Translations under genes and position numbers: made by a program
NCBI GenBank assembly: GCA_964508365.1
Contig: CAZDTP010000003.1
Location: 56,092 to 120,091 of the forward strand
Length of the DNA: 64,000 nt
Reading direction: 5' to 3'
From: an uncultured archaeon
GTDB taxonomy: Archaea > Asgardarchaeota > Lokiarchaeia > Sigyniarchaeales > SOKP01
Shown: piece after piece, positions 1 to 8,845 of the stretch
How the letters are laid out: every line of letters starts with the position of its first letter
Position numbering within the stretch: position 1 is the first letter of the stretch
Notes under the pieces: model-generated
The model's input: only the letters and a program-made list of their open reading frames with translations
Databases searched by the model: none
What the model was told of the DNA's origin: nothing

Positions 1-673
1 GTAAATCTTCTATATGTCCATACATCATAGTTGAAGTGGTAGGGATGCCTGAATTATGAGCGATTTTTATAATATCAATCCATTGAGAAGTTGATATTTT
101 ATTAGGACATATAACTTTCCTAATTTCATCTACTAATATTTCAGCAGCAGTTCCCGGCATTGAGTCTAACCCAGCTCTTTTTAATTCTTTTAAGACATCT
201 TCAATAGAAGAACCGTATAATTTTGCCATGTGGAATACTTCTTGGGGAGAAAAAGCATGAGTATGCATATTAGAATCAATTTCTTTAACAACCTTTAGAA
301 TATCTAGATAGTAATTAAAATCTAGCTCAGGGTTTATTCCTCCTTGTATACAAACTTCTGTACAACCTGCTCTTTTAGCATCAATTACATCTTCTCTGAT
401 TTCTTCATGGGTTTTTAAAAAACTCTCCTCACTTTTATTTGAAACGCTAAAAGAACAAAATTTACATCCTTGATAGCAAACGTTTGTGAAATTAATGTTT
501 CGATTTATAATAAAAGTCACAAGATTATTTTTCTTTTCAAAACAAATCTGATCAGCTACCTGTTGTAGAGCAAAGAAATCTTTGCCGGTAACTTTTAGAA
601 GAGCTAAAGCTTCTTCTTGGTTGATCTCTTCTGAATCCTCAGCTTTTTTGAGAATCTTATTTATTCCTTTCAT
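1..673 (-). CDS. cofH: FO synthase subunit CofH (radical SAM), 5' part; runs off the window edge; not in the ORF track
   Basis: Manual translation from ATG at 673: MKGINKILKKAEDSEEINQEEALAL...NRNINFTNVCYQGCKFCS...EVCIQGG...SMPGTAAEIL...TTSTMMYGH. Has CxxxCxxC; overlaps the cofG stop by 17 nt. Confidence 0.88.
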   Translation of the reverse strand, partial: MKGINKILKKAEDSEEINQEEALALLKVTGKDFFALQQVADQICFEKKNNLVTFIINRNINFTNVCYQGCKFCSFSVSNKSEESFLKTHEEIREDVIDAKRAGCTEVCIQGGINPELDFNYYLDILKVVKEIDSNMHTHAFSPQEVFHMAKLYGSSIEDVLKELKRAGLDSMPGTAAEILVDEIRKVICPNKISTSQWIDIIKIAHNSGIPTTSTMMYGHIEDL

Positions 674-1775
674 TCAAATTAATATTATCTATCGTTTTTT
701 TAATATTTTCTGGGCAAAAACCATTTTTAGTAATATATTTCTCATAGACAGGAAGTCTCTCTACGAGTTGGTATCCCATCCTATTACAAATCGTCTCTAA
801 GTATTCAATTTTAGGCCAAACATGTTTCGGGTTAATATAATCCAATGTATAGGGAGAAACACCTCCAAAATCATCAATTCCTAGCTCAATGGCTTCTTTT
901 TCGTAATTTTGAATTAGATTTGGTGGTACTTGAATAGCTATCTCATTACCTAAAATAAGCTTTGCAAATCCCGCGGTTTTTAAAGTTTCTTCAATTGTTA
1001 AGGGGTTATCCGGATGGTATTCTATCCCTTCTTTATCAGTGAATTTTTGTATTATGACTTCTTGAATATGACCATATTTAGAGTGAATATCCTTAATTAA
1101 AAGAAGGTCTTGTATTCTATCGTCAAAATTTTCTCCTATTCCTAGCAATAAACCCGTTGTAAAAGGGATTTTTAATCTACCCGCGTTTTTAATGTGTTTA
1201 ATTCTGTTTTCTGGAATCTTGCCAGGTGAATTATAGTGAACTCCTCCTTCTTTGAGGAGGAGCTTGTTTGTACTTTCTATCATTAGCCCCATACTTGCAT
1301 TACATTCCTTCAAACTTTTTAATTGTTCGTAAGTTAGTAACCCTACATTAGTATGAGGCAAAATATTTGCATCTAACAATCTGAAACATAAATTCCTTAC
1401 AAATTGGGTAAAATCTTTAAAATTTCTTCCTTCCAACTCACTACGAACTTCATTATAGCTATCGGGAAATTCGCCTGACATTAATAGAGCTTCTTTACAA
1501 TTATATTGAGTGGCGGTTTGAATTAATTCATTAATTTTTTCCTCTCTAATTAATGCGACATTTTCTTCGTCAGAGCCCTTAGGAATTGTATGGTTGTAAA
1601 AACAATACTTACATCGGTTCTGACAATAGTTTGATAAGGATAAGGTAAAATTTTTGGAGTAAGTAATTACATTATGCTTTTCTCTTGGTAATTCTGCCCT
1701 TACTTCACTTATTTCTTCTTTTAACCTCTTAAGTGATAAATTTTTTAATCTTTCTAGATTCTTTGGTGCATTCAT
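657..1775 (-). CDS. cofG: FO synthase subunit CofG (radical SAM)
   Basis: TYSKNFTLSLSNYCQNRCKYC radical-SAM motif; IPFTTGLLLGIGE; IQVPPNL; GIDDFGGVSP.T.DYINP; adjacent to cofH. Confidence 0.9.
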   Translation of the reverse strand: MNAPKNLERLKNLSLKRLKEEISEVRAELPREKHNVITYSKNFTLSLSNYCQNRCKYCFYNHTIPKGSDEENVALIREEKINELIQTATQYNCKEALLMSGEFPDSYNEVRSELEGRNFKDFTQFVRNLCFRLLDANILPHTNVGLLTYEQLKSLKECNASMGLMIESTNKLLLKEGGVHYNSPGKIPENRIKHIKNAGRLKIPFTTGLLLGIGENFDDRIQDLLLIKDIHSKYGHIQEVIIQKFTDKEGIEYHPDNPLTIEETLKTAGFAKLILGNEIAIQVPPNLIQNYEKEAIELGIDDFGGVSPYTLDYINPKHVWPKIEYLETICNRMGYQLVERLPVYEKYITKNGFCPENIKKTIDNINLNERNK

Positions 1776-2455
1776 CGCTTCGTTTTTCTATATTTAAGAA
1801 TTACATAATTATTTCTGCTGGTAACATTTATTAAACTATATCTTGGGCTCTCTATCATTTTTTCAAACCCTTCCCCTTCCACTAAGCTTACTGCATCTTT
1901 ACCACCTACCATCCAAGGCGCAATAAATATTCTGATCTCGTCTACTATATTTTCCCTAATAAAACTCCAGTTTAAATTTCCTCCACCCTCTAGGAGAATT
2001 CTTCTTATTCCCTTCTGATATAAAATGGGCATTAGTTTAATTATATCAACTCTACTCCCTGTCCCTGACTTTATAATCTCAATGTCGTTAGATTCGAATT
2101 CTCTAATCCTCTCCACAGACGCATTTTCAGTAGTTGCTATTATGGTCGGATAAATTTCAGGTTTGTATCTAACTACATTTGATTCGATAGGTATCGAAAG
2201 AGTGCTATCTAACACAATTCTATAATAACTTTTGTGATCGTAGAACTTGATGTGCAATTTTGGGTTATCTGAAATAATCGAACATTTGCCAATCATGATG
2301 GCATCGACTTCTGTCCTGAGCTTGTGAACAGCCATCCAATCTTCTTCATCTGAAATTTCTGGATCTCCAGTTTTAGAAGCAATTTTTCCATCGATTGTCA
2401 TAGCAGCACTTAAAATTATGTAAGGTCGTTTATCTCCTTTCAAATACCACCACAC
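1772..2455 (-). CDS. RibD C-terminal-type pyrimidine nucleotide reductase (archaeal ArfC/Rib7-like)
   Basis: AAMTIDGKIA, RTEVDAIMIG, ILLEGGGNLNWSF motifs; ATGA overlap with cofG. Confidence 0.85.
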   Translation of the reverse strand: MWWYLKGDKRPYIILSAAMTIDGKIASKTGDPEISDEEDWMAVHKLRTEVDAIMIGKCSIISDNPKLHIKFYDHKSYYRIVLDSTLSIPIESNVVRYKPEIYPTIIATTENASVERIREFESNDIEIIKSGTGSRVDIIKLMPILYQKGIRRILLEGGGNLNWSFIRENIVDEIRIFIAPWMVGGKDAVSLVEGEGFEKMIESPRYSLINVTSRNNYVILKYRKTKR

Positions 2456-3602
2456 CTTTAATGTAAGTCTTCTTTATATTCTCTGATTTAGTTCTTTGAA
2501 CGATGATGTTGTAAATACTTTCAGAATCAATTTTATATGTATAATAATTTGGATGAGAAAGGTCAACTAAAAAGAAATCAGCATATTTTCCTGCTGAAAT
2601 TGAACCATATTCTTTTTCTAATCCCAAATTTCTAGCAGCAGTAATGGTAACCATTTCTAGTAGATCCTTTGATGTTAAATTCTTACAATCCTTATGCACG
2701 GCTAATACTCGGGAAATTCTATATAAATATCGCATTTCTTCGAATAAGTCAGTATTGTTAGCCATTACATTATCAGTACCGAGACTAATTGGGATTCCAA
2801 GATCATAAATCTCATTTATTGGCGGAAATCCACTTCCAAAATAACCGTTGCATCTAGGACATAAGACTAAAGAAATGTTTTTTTTTTTTAATCTTTCCAA
2901 ATCATCTTTATTGTAGTGAGTTCCATGTATAACGACATCAATCAGCTGATCATTTATAATTAGATTGAAGAGTAACTCGTCTCTCGAGAGTTCACTATCA
3001 TGAGTCGCAATAATTTTGTCTAAATATTCTCTCTTCAAACCTCTGATAATTTCTTTGTGTTCCGAAGATAATTGATCGTAGCTAGCAAATCCCAAACCAT
3101 CAGCACATTTAAAAACGGAATCGATCTCTGTTGTATCATTAAATCTTCCCAAGATGCGATAGTTAATTGGAGACTTTTGCAATGCTTCTTTTAAAAGGGC
3201 AATGCCAATTAATCCATCTTCTCTAAAGTCGAAGAACATAGTTATACCGCTTGCAAGCATTTCTATCGCAGCCTCTCTTATTCCATGCATTTTTATTTCT
3301 TTTGAGGTTTTACTTAGTAATACATGCTTGATTCCATTTGGAGGAGCAACCGTTTCTATTAAATCTTTATTAAAGCCCTGTTCTTTCGCAAAACTATCAC
3401 AAATATGAACATGGGAATTAATAAAACCAGGGATCAATAGGCAGAACTGTTTTTTTTTGGAGAAAGTAATATCCTCTTTAATAGTATCGTAGAAGATGTC
3501 TGTGATCTTTCCATTATCATCTAATTCTATTGAAATATTCTTTTTTAATTCTAATCTATCTCCAATCAAACCAAAGTTACTGCGAATGGTGGTGTTAGAC
3601 AT
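2430..3602 (-). CDS. Metal-dependent amidohydrolase/deaminase family protein
   Basis: PGFINSHVHICD (HxH), HDSE, VIHGTH, LCPRCN, LGTDN, GSISAGKYADF. Confidence 0.85.
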   Translation of the reverse strand: MSNTTIRSNFGLIGDRLELKKNISIELDDNGKITDIFYDTIKEDITFSKKKQFCLLIPGFINSHVHICDSFAKEQGFNKDLIETVAPPNGIKHVLLSKTSKEIKMHGIREAAIEMLASGITMFFDFREDGLIGIALLKEALQKSPINYRILGRFNDTTEIDSVFKCADGLGFASYDQLSSEHKEIIRGLKREYLDKIIATHDSELSRDELLFNLIINDQLIDVVIHGTHYNKDDLERLKKKNISLVLCPRCNGYFGSGFPPINEIYDLGIPISLGTDNVMANNTDLFEEMRYLYRISRVLAVHKDCKNLTSKDLLEMVTITAARNLGLEKEYGSISAGKYADFFLVDLSHPNYYTYKIDSESIYNIIVQRTKSENIKKTYIKGVVVFERR

Positions 3603-3669
3603 AGGACACTCAAAATTTTTTGTTCTTTCGATTAAAAAGCATTACCTTTAACGACAATCAAGACTACAA

Positions 3670-4227
3670 CTAGCTCTTTAGAAGTTCTAACGCCTCTGAT
3701 CTGGTAATAGGATTTGTTTTAAAAATACCTTTTATTGCCGATGTTATCATTATTGGGTTAGATTGCTTTACGCCTCTCATTATTTCACATAAGTGAGTTC
3801 CTTTTACAATAACCATCACTCCTCTCGGTTTTAAAGCACACTCCATTAAGTAATTAGCAATGTCATCTGTCATTTTTTCCTGAACATTTAACCTATGAGT
3901 AAAATAATTAACAACCCTTACGAATTTTGAAATTCCTAGAAGATATTCTCCGGGCATATATACGATATCAATTGTACCATAAAAAGGTAAAATGTGGTGT
4001 TCACACATGCTGTAAAATTGAATATCCTTTGATATTATTATTTCACTATATTGTGCTTTAAAAATTTTTATATCCTTATCCAAATCCAGCTGATATCCGT
4101 CAAAAATTTCATTGTACGAGTTAGCTACTCGTCTTGGAGTTTCTAATGTTGCAGGTCTTAAATCGTCATTACCTTCAATTTCTTTAATGAGTTGGGTAAT
4201 TAATTCTTGTACTCTTTCTTTATTCAT
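3670..4227 (-). CDS. folE: GTP cyclohydrolase I (type IA)
   Basis: ETPRRVA, FYSMCEHHILPFYG, RLNVQEKMT, HLCEIMRGV. Confidence 0.9.
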   Translation of the reverse strand: MNKERVQELITQLIKEIEGNDDLRPATLETPRRVANSYNEIFDGYQLDLDKDIKIFKAQYSEIIISKDIQFYSMCEHHILPFYGTIDIVYMPGEYLLGISKFVRVVNYFTHRLNVQEKMTDDIANYLMECALKPRGVMVIVKGTHLCEIMRGVKQSNPIMITSAIKGIFKTNPITRSEALELLKS

Positions 4228-4382
4228 TTTTTTGTATTAATCTCTTTTTTAATTTATATATATTGAAATTTAGGAAAATATAAATAAATATTAGAATTCG
4301 AAAAAAATCGCTGTTAAAGAATTTAAAAAAAGCTTTGAGCGTTCAATTCCTTTATTTTCAAGATTTATCTAACTGTTTATCA

Positions 4383-5501
4383 TTACTTCTTTAGGAAATG
4401 TCTATAAATTGTCACATAGTTTTTTACACTTACTACTCTAGGATTACGCCTAAAATTAGAAGGAATAAGAGCACTACAGCGTGAACAGAGTTTTGAAGTC
4501 TGCATCCAATCTTTAAATTCATCAGCGTGGGAAGGATACCTGCAGTTTGGACATACAACTACTCCTCGTCCTCTATCTTCCGGAAGTTTTGGTAATTTAA
4601 AACAAAAGATACACTTGAAATCCTCTAATGTTAAATATGATCCTTTTGGTTTAAATTTGTCAAAATTTTGGATTTTTGAAGTTGATTTAGTTCTAGTTAT
4701 ATGAGTTGCATTTGATGTTTTTTTTCTAGTGGTTTGCTTTTTTGACGTAGGAGTTATTCTTGATGATTGAGTTCTAGATCTTGTTGTACGAGTAGTTGCT
4801 CTAGTAGAGGGTGTTGGATTAGTTACCCTTGTTGTCCTTACATTCTGTCTCTGTATTGTAGGTGTGGTTAAACTATTAATAGTTCTAGTACGATTTGCGA
4901 TGTAATCACGAGTTAATGTAGGTAGTGATGAGCGTGTATTAGTAAATCCAAAAAGTATTACTATTAAAATCGTAGCAATTAATAGCAGCAAGAGATTTAA
5001 GTCTAATGGAAAACTTTCAATAGAACCATAGAAAGTTATCCAATAAGTTAGAATGAAAATAAGAACTGAGATTGATAACATGTACCCTAGCGTTCTCGCT
5101 TTTACTGCCTTTGTTCCAAAGTATATTACATTGTATTTCTTAAAACAACGATATAAAGAGTAAGAACCATACAATATGTAAGGAAAAGCAAAAATTAGGC
5201 TCCATAAACTAAAATATACCCCTCCGAGAAGATTTTCACCCAATACACCTGTATAAAAACCCCATATAGAATAAAAAATTCCCACACATAACGGAAGAAT
5301 TACAAAAAATGCAGTATTTTGTGGTGAATTAAACTCACGATGACGTTTTATGTTTTCAAATATTTTTAAAGTGAATATTAACCATAACCCAATTAATAAC
5401 CAAGTAACAAAATTAGAAAAAGAATAGGAGAGTAAACCATGGATTGCACCAATTATTAGAAAAATAGTACATATTATTGTTATAGTTTTATTTCTTGCCA
5501 T
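4383..5501 (-). CDS. Multi-pass membrane protein with C-terminal RING-variant Zn finger (candidate E3 ligase)
   Basis: About six hydrophobic segments in aa 1-190, an S/T/R/K-rich low-complexity linker, then CIFC-x16-CPNC-x4-H-x6-W-x6-CSRC; last gene of the Ubl-E1-E2-JAMM run. Confidence 0.65.
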   Translation of the reverse strand: MARNKTITIICTIFLIIGAIHGLLSYSFSNFVTWLLIGLWLIFTLKIFENIKRHREFNSPQNTAFFVILPLCVGIFYSIWGFYTGVLGENLLGGVYFSLWSLIFAFPYILYGSYSLYRCFKKYNVIYFGTKAVKARTLGYMLSISVLIFILTYWITFYGSIESFPLDLNLLLLLIATILIVILFGFTNTRSSLPTLTRDYIANRTRTINSLTTPTIQRQNVRTTRVTNPTPSTRATTRTTRSRTQSSRITPTSKKQTTRKKTSNATHITRTKSTSKIQNFDKFKPKGSYLTLEDFKCIFCFKLPKLPEDRGRGVVVCPNCRYPSHADEFKDWMQTSKLCSRCSALIPSNFRRNPRVVSVKNYVTIYRHFLKK

Positions 5502-5533
5502 GGTTTAGATATCACCAAAGGTGTTTTTTATCT

Positions 5534-6340
5534 TTATTCATCATATTCTAAATATGCTGGTTTCCCTTCAATAATTGGATTCATGAATTCTAAAATTTCT
5601 GGTAACATTCTCACATCTAAATGGCCCTTAATATCAAAAGGTACCGAGTACCATTTTTTAGTTTTAAAATTTGCACGATAGATCTCAAAACCTACAGATT
5701 TTCCGTTAATTTGATAAGGATCAATTACTAAAGCTACTGATTTATCCCAAAATTGCTGATATCGCCTTTGAGTCCCTAAGTCTTCTCTAGACATGAAACA
5801 TCCATATGAGGGATGAGAATGATACCATCCACAAATAAATTGCTTACTTTTTACAATATCTTCATATGCTCGAGTAAAATTGTTATAATCTTTAATTTCA
5901 GCATAGACTGCAGTGCCGTGACCCATTGGATATGCATCTTCTAAATATAATATTCCATTGTCATAGCTTCCAGCGAGTAACCCAATCACCTCAACCCAGT
6001 TCTCTTTCCTAATTTTGGAATTCGCATATTTCAACGAATGACTTGAGATCTTTAGGATAGCTTTTACAGTTATTTTTATCTTTGCAGAAATTTTATCACT
6101 TTTATCACCTTTAGCGATAGTTATTACAGGTTCCATTGGAATTGGTTCTAATTTGGTTTTTATACTTTCTGAATGGTTTAAAGATTTCGCATCAAAAATT
6201 TCAGCGGTTATTTCTTCCTGTAATTCTTCGAGTTGTAATTCGGTGTATACTTCCTCAAGTATTTCTTTTTTGATCTTTTCCTTTATTTTTTGTTTAATTG
6301 CATCTCTAATTTTTTCACCATTCTCATCGTTAATTTTCAT
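5534..6340 (-). CDS. JAMM/MPN+ metallo-isopeptidase (Rpn11/CSN5-like) with charged N-terminal extension
   Basis: VEVIGLLAG and GWYHSHPSYGCFMSREDLGTQ...VALVIDP match the eukaryotic GWYHSHP.YGC.LS..D..TQ JAMM motif. Confidence 0.92.
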   Translation of the reverse strand: MKINDENGEKIRDAIKQKIKEKIKKEILEEVYTELQLEELQEEITAEIFDAKSLNHSESIKTKLEPIPMEPVITIAKGDKSDKISAKIKITVKAILKISSHSLKYANSKIRKENWVEVIGLLAGSYDNGILYLEDAYPMGHGTAVYAEIKDYNNFTRAYEDIVKSKQFICGWYHSHPSYGCFMSREDLGTQRRYQQFWDKSVALVIDPYQINGKSVGFEIYRANFKTKKWYSVPFDIKGHLDVRMLPEILEFMNPIIEGKPAYLEYDE

Positions 6341-6344
6341 AAAA

Positions 6345-6872
6345 TCACCATTTATCCTTCGCGTATTTCTTTACCAAATTCCTAACTTTTTTTTCAAAAT
6401 TTTTCTGATCTTTCATCATCTCAATAGCTGCCTTTTTGTTAAAAACATCAGTTGGATTAACATATTTTCCACGAGTGTTTAACATAGCAATTATTGCTTG
6501 AACAACTGTAACCGCTGTTTTTGAAGGACTCCATCCCCCTTTTTTGCCAGTTAGAGAAGGATCTACTAAAGCTAAGCAGATATTTCTTTGTCCTTTATAT
6601 TCACTTGGCTTTGGCCAAAAGTTTGGATGCCATATCGGAGTATGCAATCTAACAAAAGGAGGCTGATTTGGATATTGAACAGGAAACTTCATTTCTAATT
6701 TAAACAATCCTCCTGCATAAGCAGTGCCTTTAGGACCTTTAATCGTAACAGCTAAGTGATCGATGCTCTTTTTTTTTGGATTAAATGGCTTTAATTGGAT
6801 AATTGTACCTTCCTTTAGCAACTTTTTTAGTCCCGCAAAATCTCGGGAAACTCGACTACTTCTTATACTCAT
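6345..6872 (-). CDS. Ubiquitin-conjugating enzyme E2 (UBC fold)
   Basis: IKGPKGTAYAGGLF.L...FP..YP..PP.V...TPIWHPN...IC...WSP; HPN motif and catalytic Cys present. Confidence 0.93.
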   Translation of the reverse strand: MSIRSSRVSRDFAGLKKLLKEGTIIQLKPFNPKKKSIDHLAVTIKGPKGTAYAGGLFKLEMKFPVQYPNQPPFVRLHTPIWHPNFWPKPSEYKGQRNICLALVDPSLTGKKGGWSPSKTAVTVVQAIIAMLNTRGKYVNPTDVFNKKAAIEMMKDQKNFEKKVRNLVKKYAKDKW

Positions 6873-6938
6873 ATTCTTAACCCCGTTTTTTCTTTTTTTT
6901 CTTTTTAATATTTTAAAATTATATTTTGGATTAAAATT

Positions 6939-8174
6939 TTATTTAAATTTTAAGGTTACATAAATCTCTCCACCTTTAAACCCCGCAACTGTGAGAAATT
7001 CGTAATTCCTCAAATCGTTTTGTACAAGAGTTTGGTCATTATCTAAAACGACAATATCATTAAAATCTAATAAAGTTAAAACCGGTTCAAATTCAGATTC
7101 CAATTCATATCCATTTCTTTCTAGTGTTTTAATTAAATTTGTACAAGGTGAAGTACTCTTCATTTTAATGGAAACTCGTCTTACCTTTTTACCGCACTGA
7201 GAACATTCTGGATTTCTCTTCTTTTCAATGTGGTATAGTTTCATTGTCACAGCATTAAATATCACATAACTTGTAATAGGCTGACCTAATCCTTTATGAC
7301 CCCTTTTCCAATGAAGGATTTTAACCACCTCATGAGATTGTAATGCCGAAATAGTTGCGTTAATTGTAATTATCCCAGGATCGTGGCGATCAATAATTTT
7401 TACAATATCATCTTCGGTATATTCAGGTAAGAAATTGTGTTTTACAACAAGTTCATTTGCAACTTTTTGAATAAATCTAATATCTTCTACATTTTTAGGA
7501 TTTGGATCTGTGTCAAATTTATCTTTAAAGGCCATATCTCCTTTAAAGACACAATGAATTCTTTTTCGAGGGATGCCAACCACCGTGCAAGCTGCCATTT
7601 CATCACTTTTGAGATCTGGCAATGGATTGCATTCATAACATGCATTTCGATATGGAAATATCGTATATATGTGACCATAATAACCAGAAACCCCTCCATC
7701 TACTAAAGGTTTTCTGAATCTAATGCATTGAGCGTTTAAATTTAGCCTTGCGTTCATTGAATCAAGACCTCCAATTACAACATCTGCATTATAATAGAGT
7801 GCAGGGTTTAATCTTTCTAAGGATGAATGATACCCTTTAACAATAATATTTGGATTAATTTCGACTAATTTTCTTGCAGCTGCAATTGCTTTGGGTTCTC
7901 CTAACTTTGCGCCCACAAACAGAATTTGACGGTTCAGGTTAGAATGTTCAATTATGTCTAAATCGACAAGATCTATATGACCTACCCCTAACATGGTTAA
8001 GTTTTTAGCAATTTCACATCCTAAACCTCCTACGCCAGCTATTAATACTCTCGACTTTTTTACTAATTTCTGGGACCATCCTTCTAAACGAAATTGACGA
8101 TCGTATAAGTCTCTCTCTTCTTCTGACATTCCCTTTGCAAAAAAATCTGAATTCTTACGCAATATTATCACCAT
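6939..8174 (-). CDS. Ubiquitin-like activating enzyme E1 (Uba3/Uba2-like) with probable C-terminal ubiquitin-fold domain; real start may be MSEEER
   Basis: LYDRQ, AGVGGLG, DLDIIEHSNLNRQ, CYEC...CSQC Zn site, catalytic MAACT..PRKRIHC resembling Uba3 CT..PRLPEHC. Confidence 0.92.
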   Translation of the reverse strand: MVIILRKNSDFFAKGMSEEERDLYDRQFRLEGWSQKLVKKSRVLIAGVGGLGCEIAKNLTMLGVGHIDLVDLDIIEHSNLNRQILFVGAKLGEPKAIAAARKLVEINPNIIVKGYHSSLERLNPALYYNADVVIGGLDSMNARLNLNAQCIRFRKPLVDGGVSGYYGHIYTIFPYRNACYECNPLPDLKSDEMAACTVVGIPRKRIHCVFKGDMAFKDKFDTDPNPKNVEDIRFIQKVANELVVKHNFLPEYTEDDIVKIIDRHDPGIITINATISALQSHEVVKILHWKRGHKGLGQPITSYVIFNAVTMKLYHIEKKRNPECSQCGKKVRRVSIKMKSTSPCTNLIKTLERNGYELESEFEPVLTLLDFNDIVVLDNDQTLVQNDLRNYEFLTVAGFKGGEIYVTLKFK

Positions 8175-8185
8175 TAATATTAATC

Positions 8186-8220
8186 AAAAAAATAAAAAAA
8201 TTGAAGGGCTTTATGCCCTT
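8186..8220 (-). terminator. Hairpin plus oligo-T tract between Ubl1 and E1
   Basis: Minus strand AAGGGC-ATAAA-GCCCTT (8204-8220) followed by CAATTTTTTATTTTTTTT. Confidence 0.5.
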
Positions 8221-8247
8221 ACTATATATTATATTTTATGAAAAGAA

Positions 8248-8583
8248 TTATTTAAAAGTACCCGCTGTGCTTGCAGGGATTAAAAGTATATCGTCGCCAT
8301 CATTAACATTATAGTCTTTTAACTGGCTACTCTCATCCATTGTTCTTCCACCAGAAGAAAGATGGAACTCATCTGGATCAAGTCCGAATAGATTTCCTAA
8401 TGTTTGTTTGATATCGCTTACGTTATTTGCGTCATTTACAGTTAACTTTTCCTTCTTTTCACCAGGACCAATAGTTGACATGAAATATAAAGTCAACTTC
8501 TTACCTGTTGAGGGAACTTTGCTTGATGGGGTTTTAGATTTAACTGGTTCTAACTCCTCATCAAAATCTTCATTATAACCCAT
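8248..8583 (-). CDS. Ubiquitin-like protein Ubl1 (acidic N-terminal tail; ends IPASTAG-TFK)
   Basis: Beta-grasp/ubiquitin pattern VSDIKQTL...LSSGGRTMDESSQLKDYNVNDGDDILLI; directly upstream of E1. Confidence 0.85.
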   Translation of the reverse strand: MGYNEDFDEELEPVKSKTPSSKVPSTGKKLTLYFMSTIGPGEKKEKLTVNDANNVSDIKQTLGNLFGLDPDEFHLSSGGRTMDESSQLKDYNVNDGDDILLIPASTAGTFK

Positions 8584-8845
8584 TTTAATCGTTTCTCTTA
8601 TTTTTTTTTTAAAGTTTTTTTTTTAAACTTAATAATATCAAGTTAAAATGATATTAAAAAACCCATTGGAATGATTTTGAAGTTTTTTGAATTTTTGTTT
8701 AAAATATAAGTATCTACATCAAAAAACCTAATATCATATATTTATAAATTAAATGAATGACTATCAATATATATAAATAGGAAAATATCGTATTAGAGAG
8801 AAGATTTGATTATATAAATCAATTTATTCAACACGTTAAAATCAA

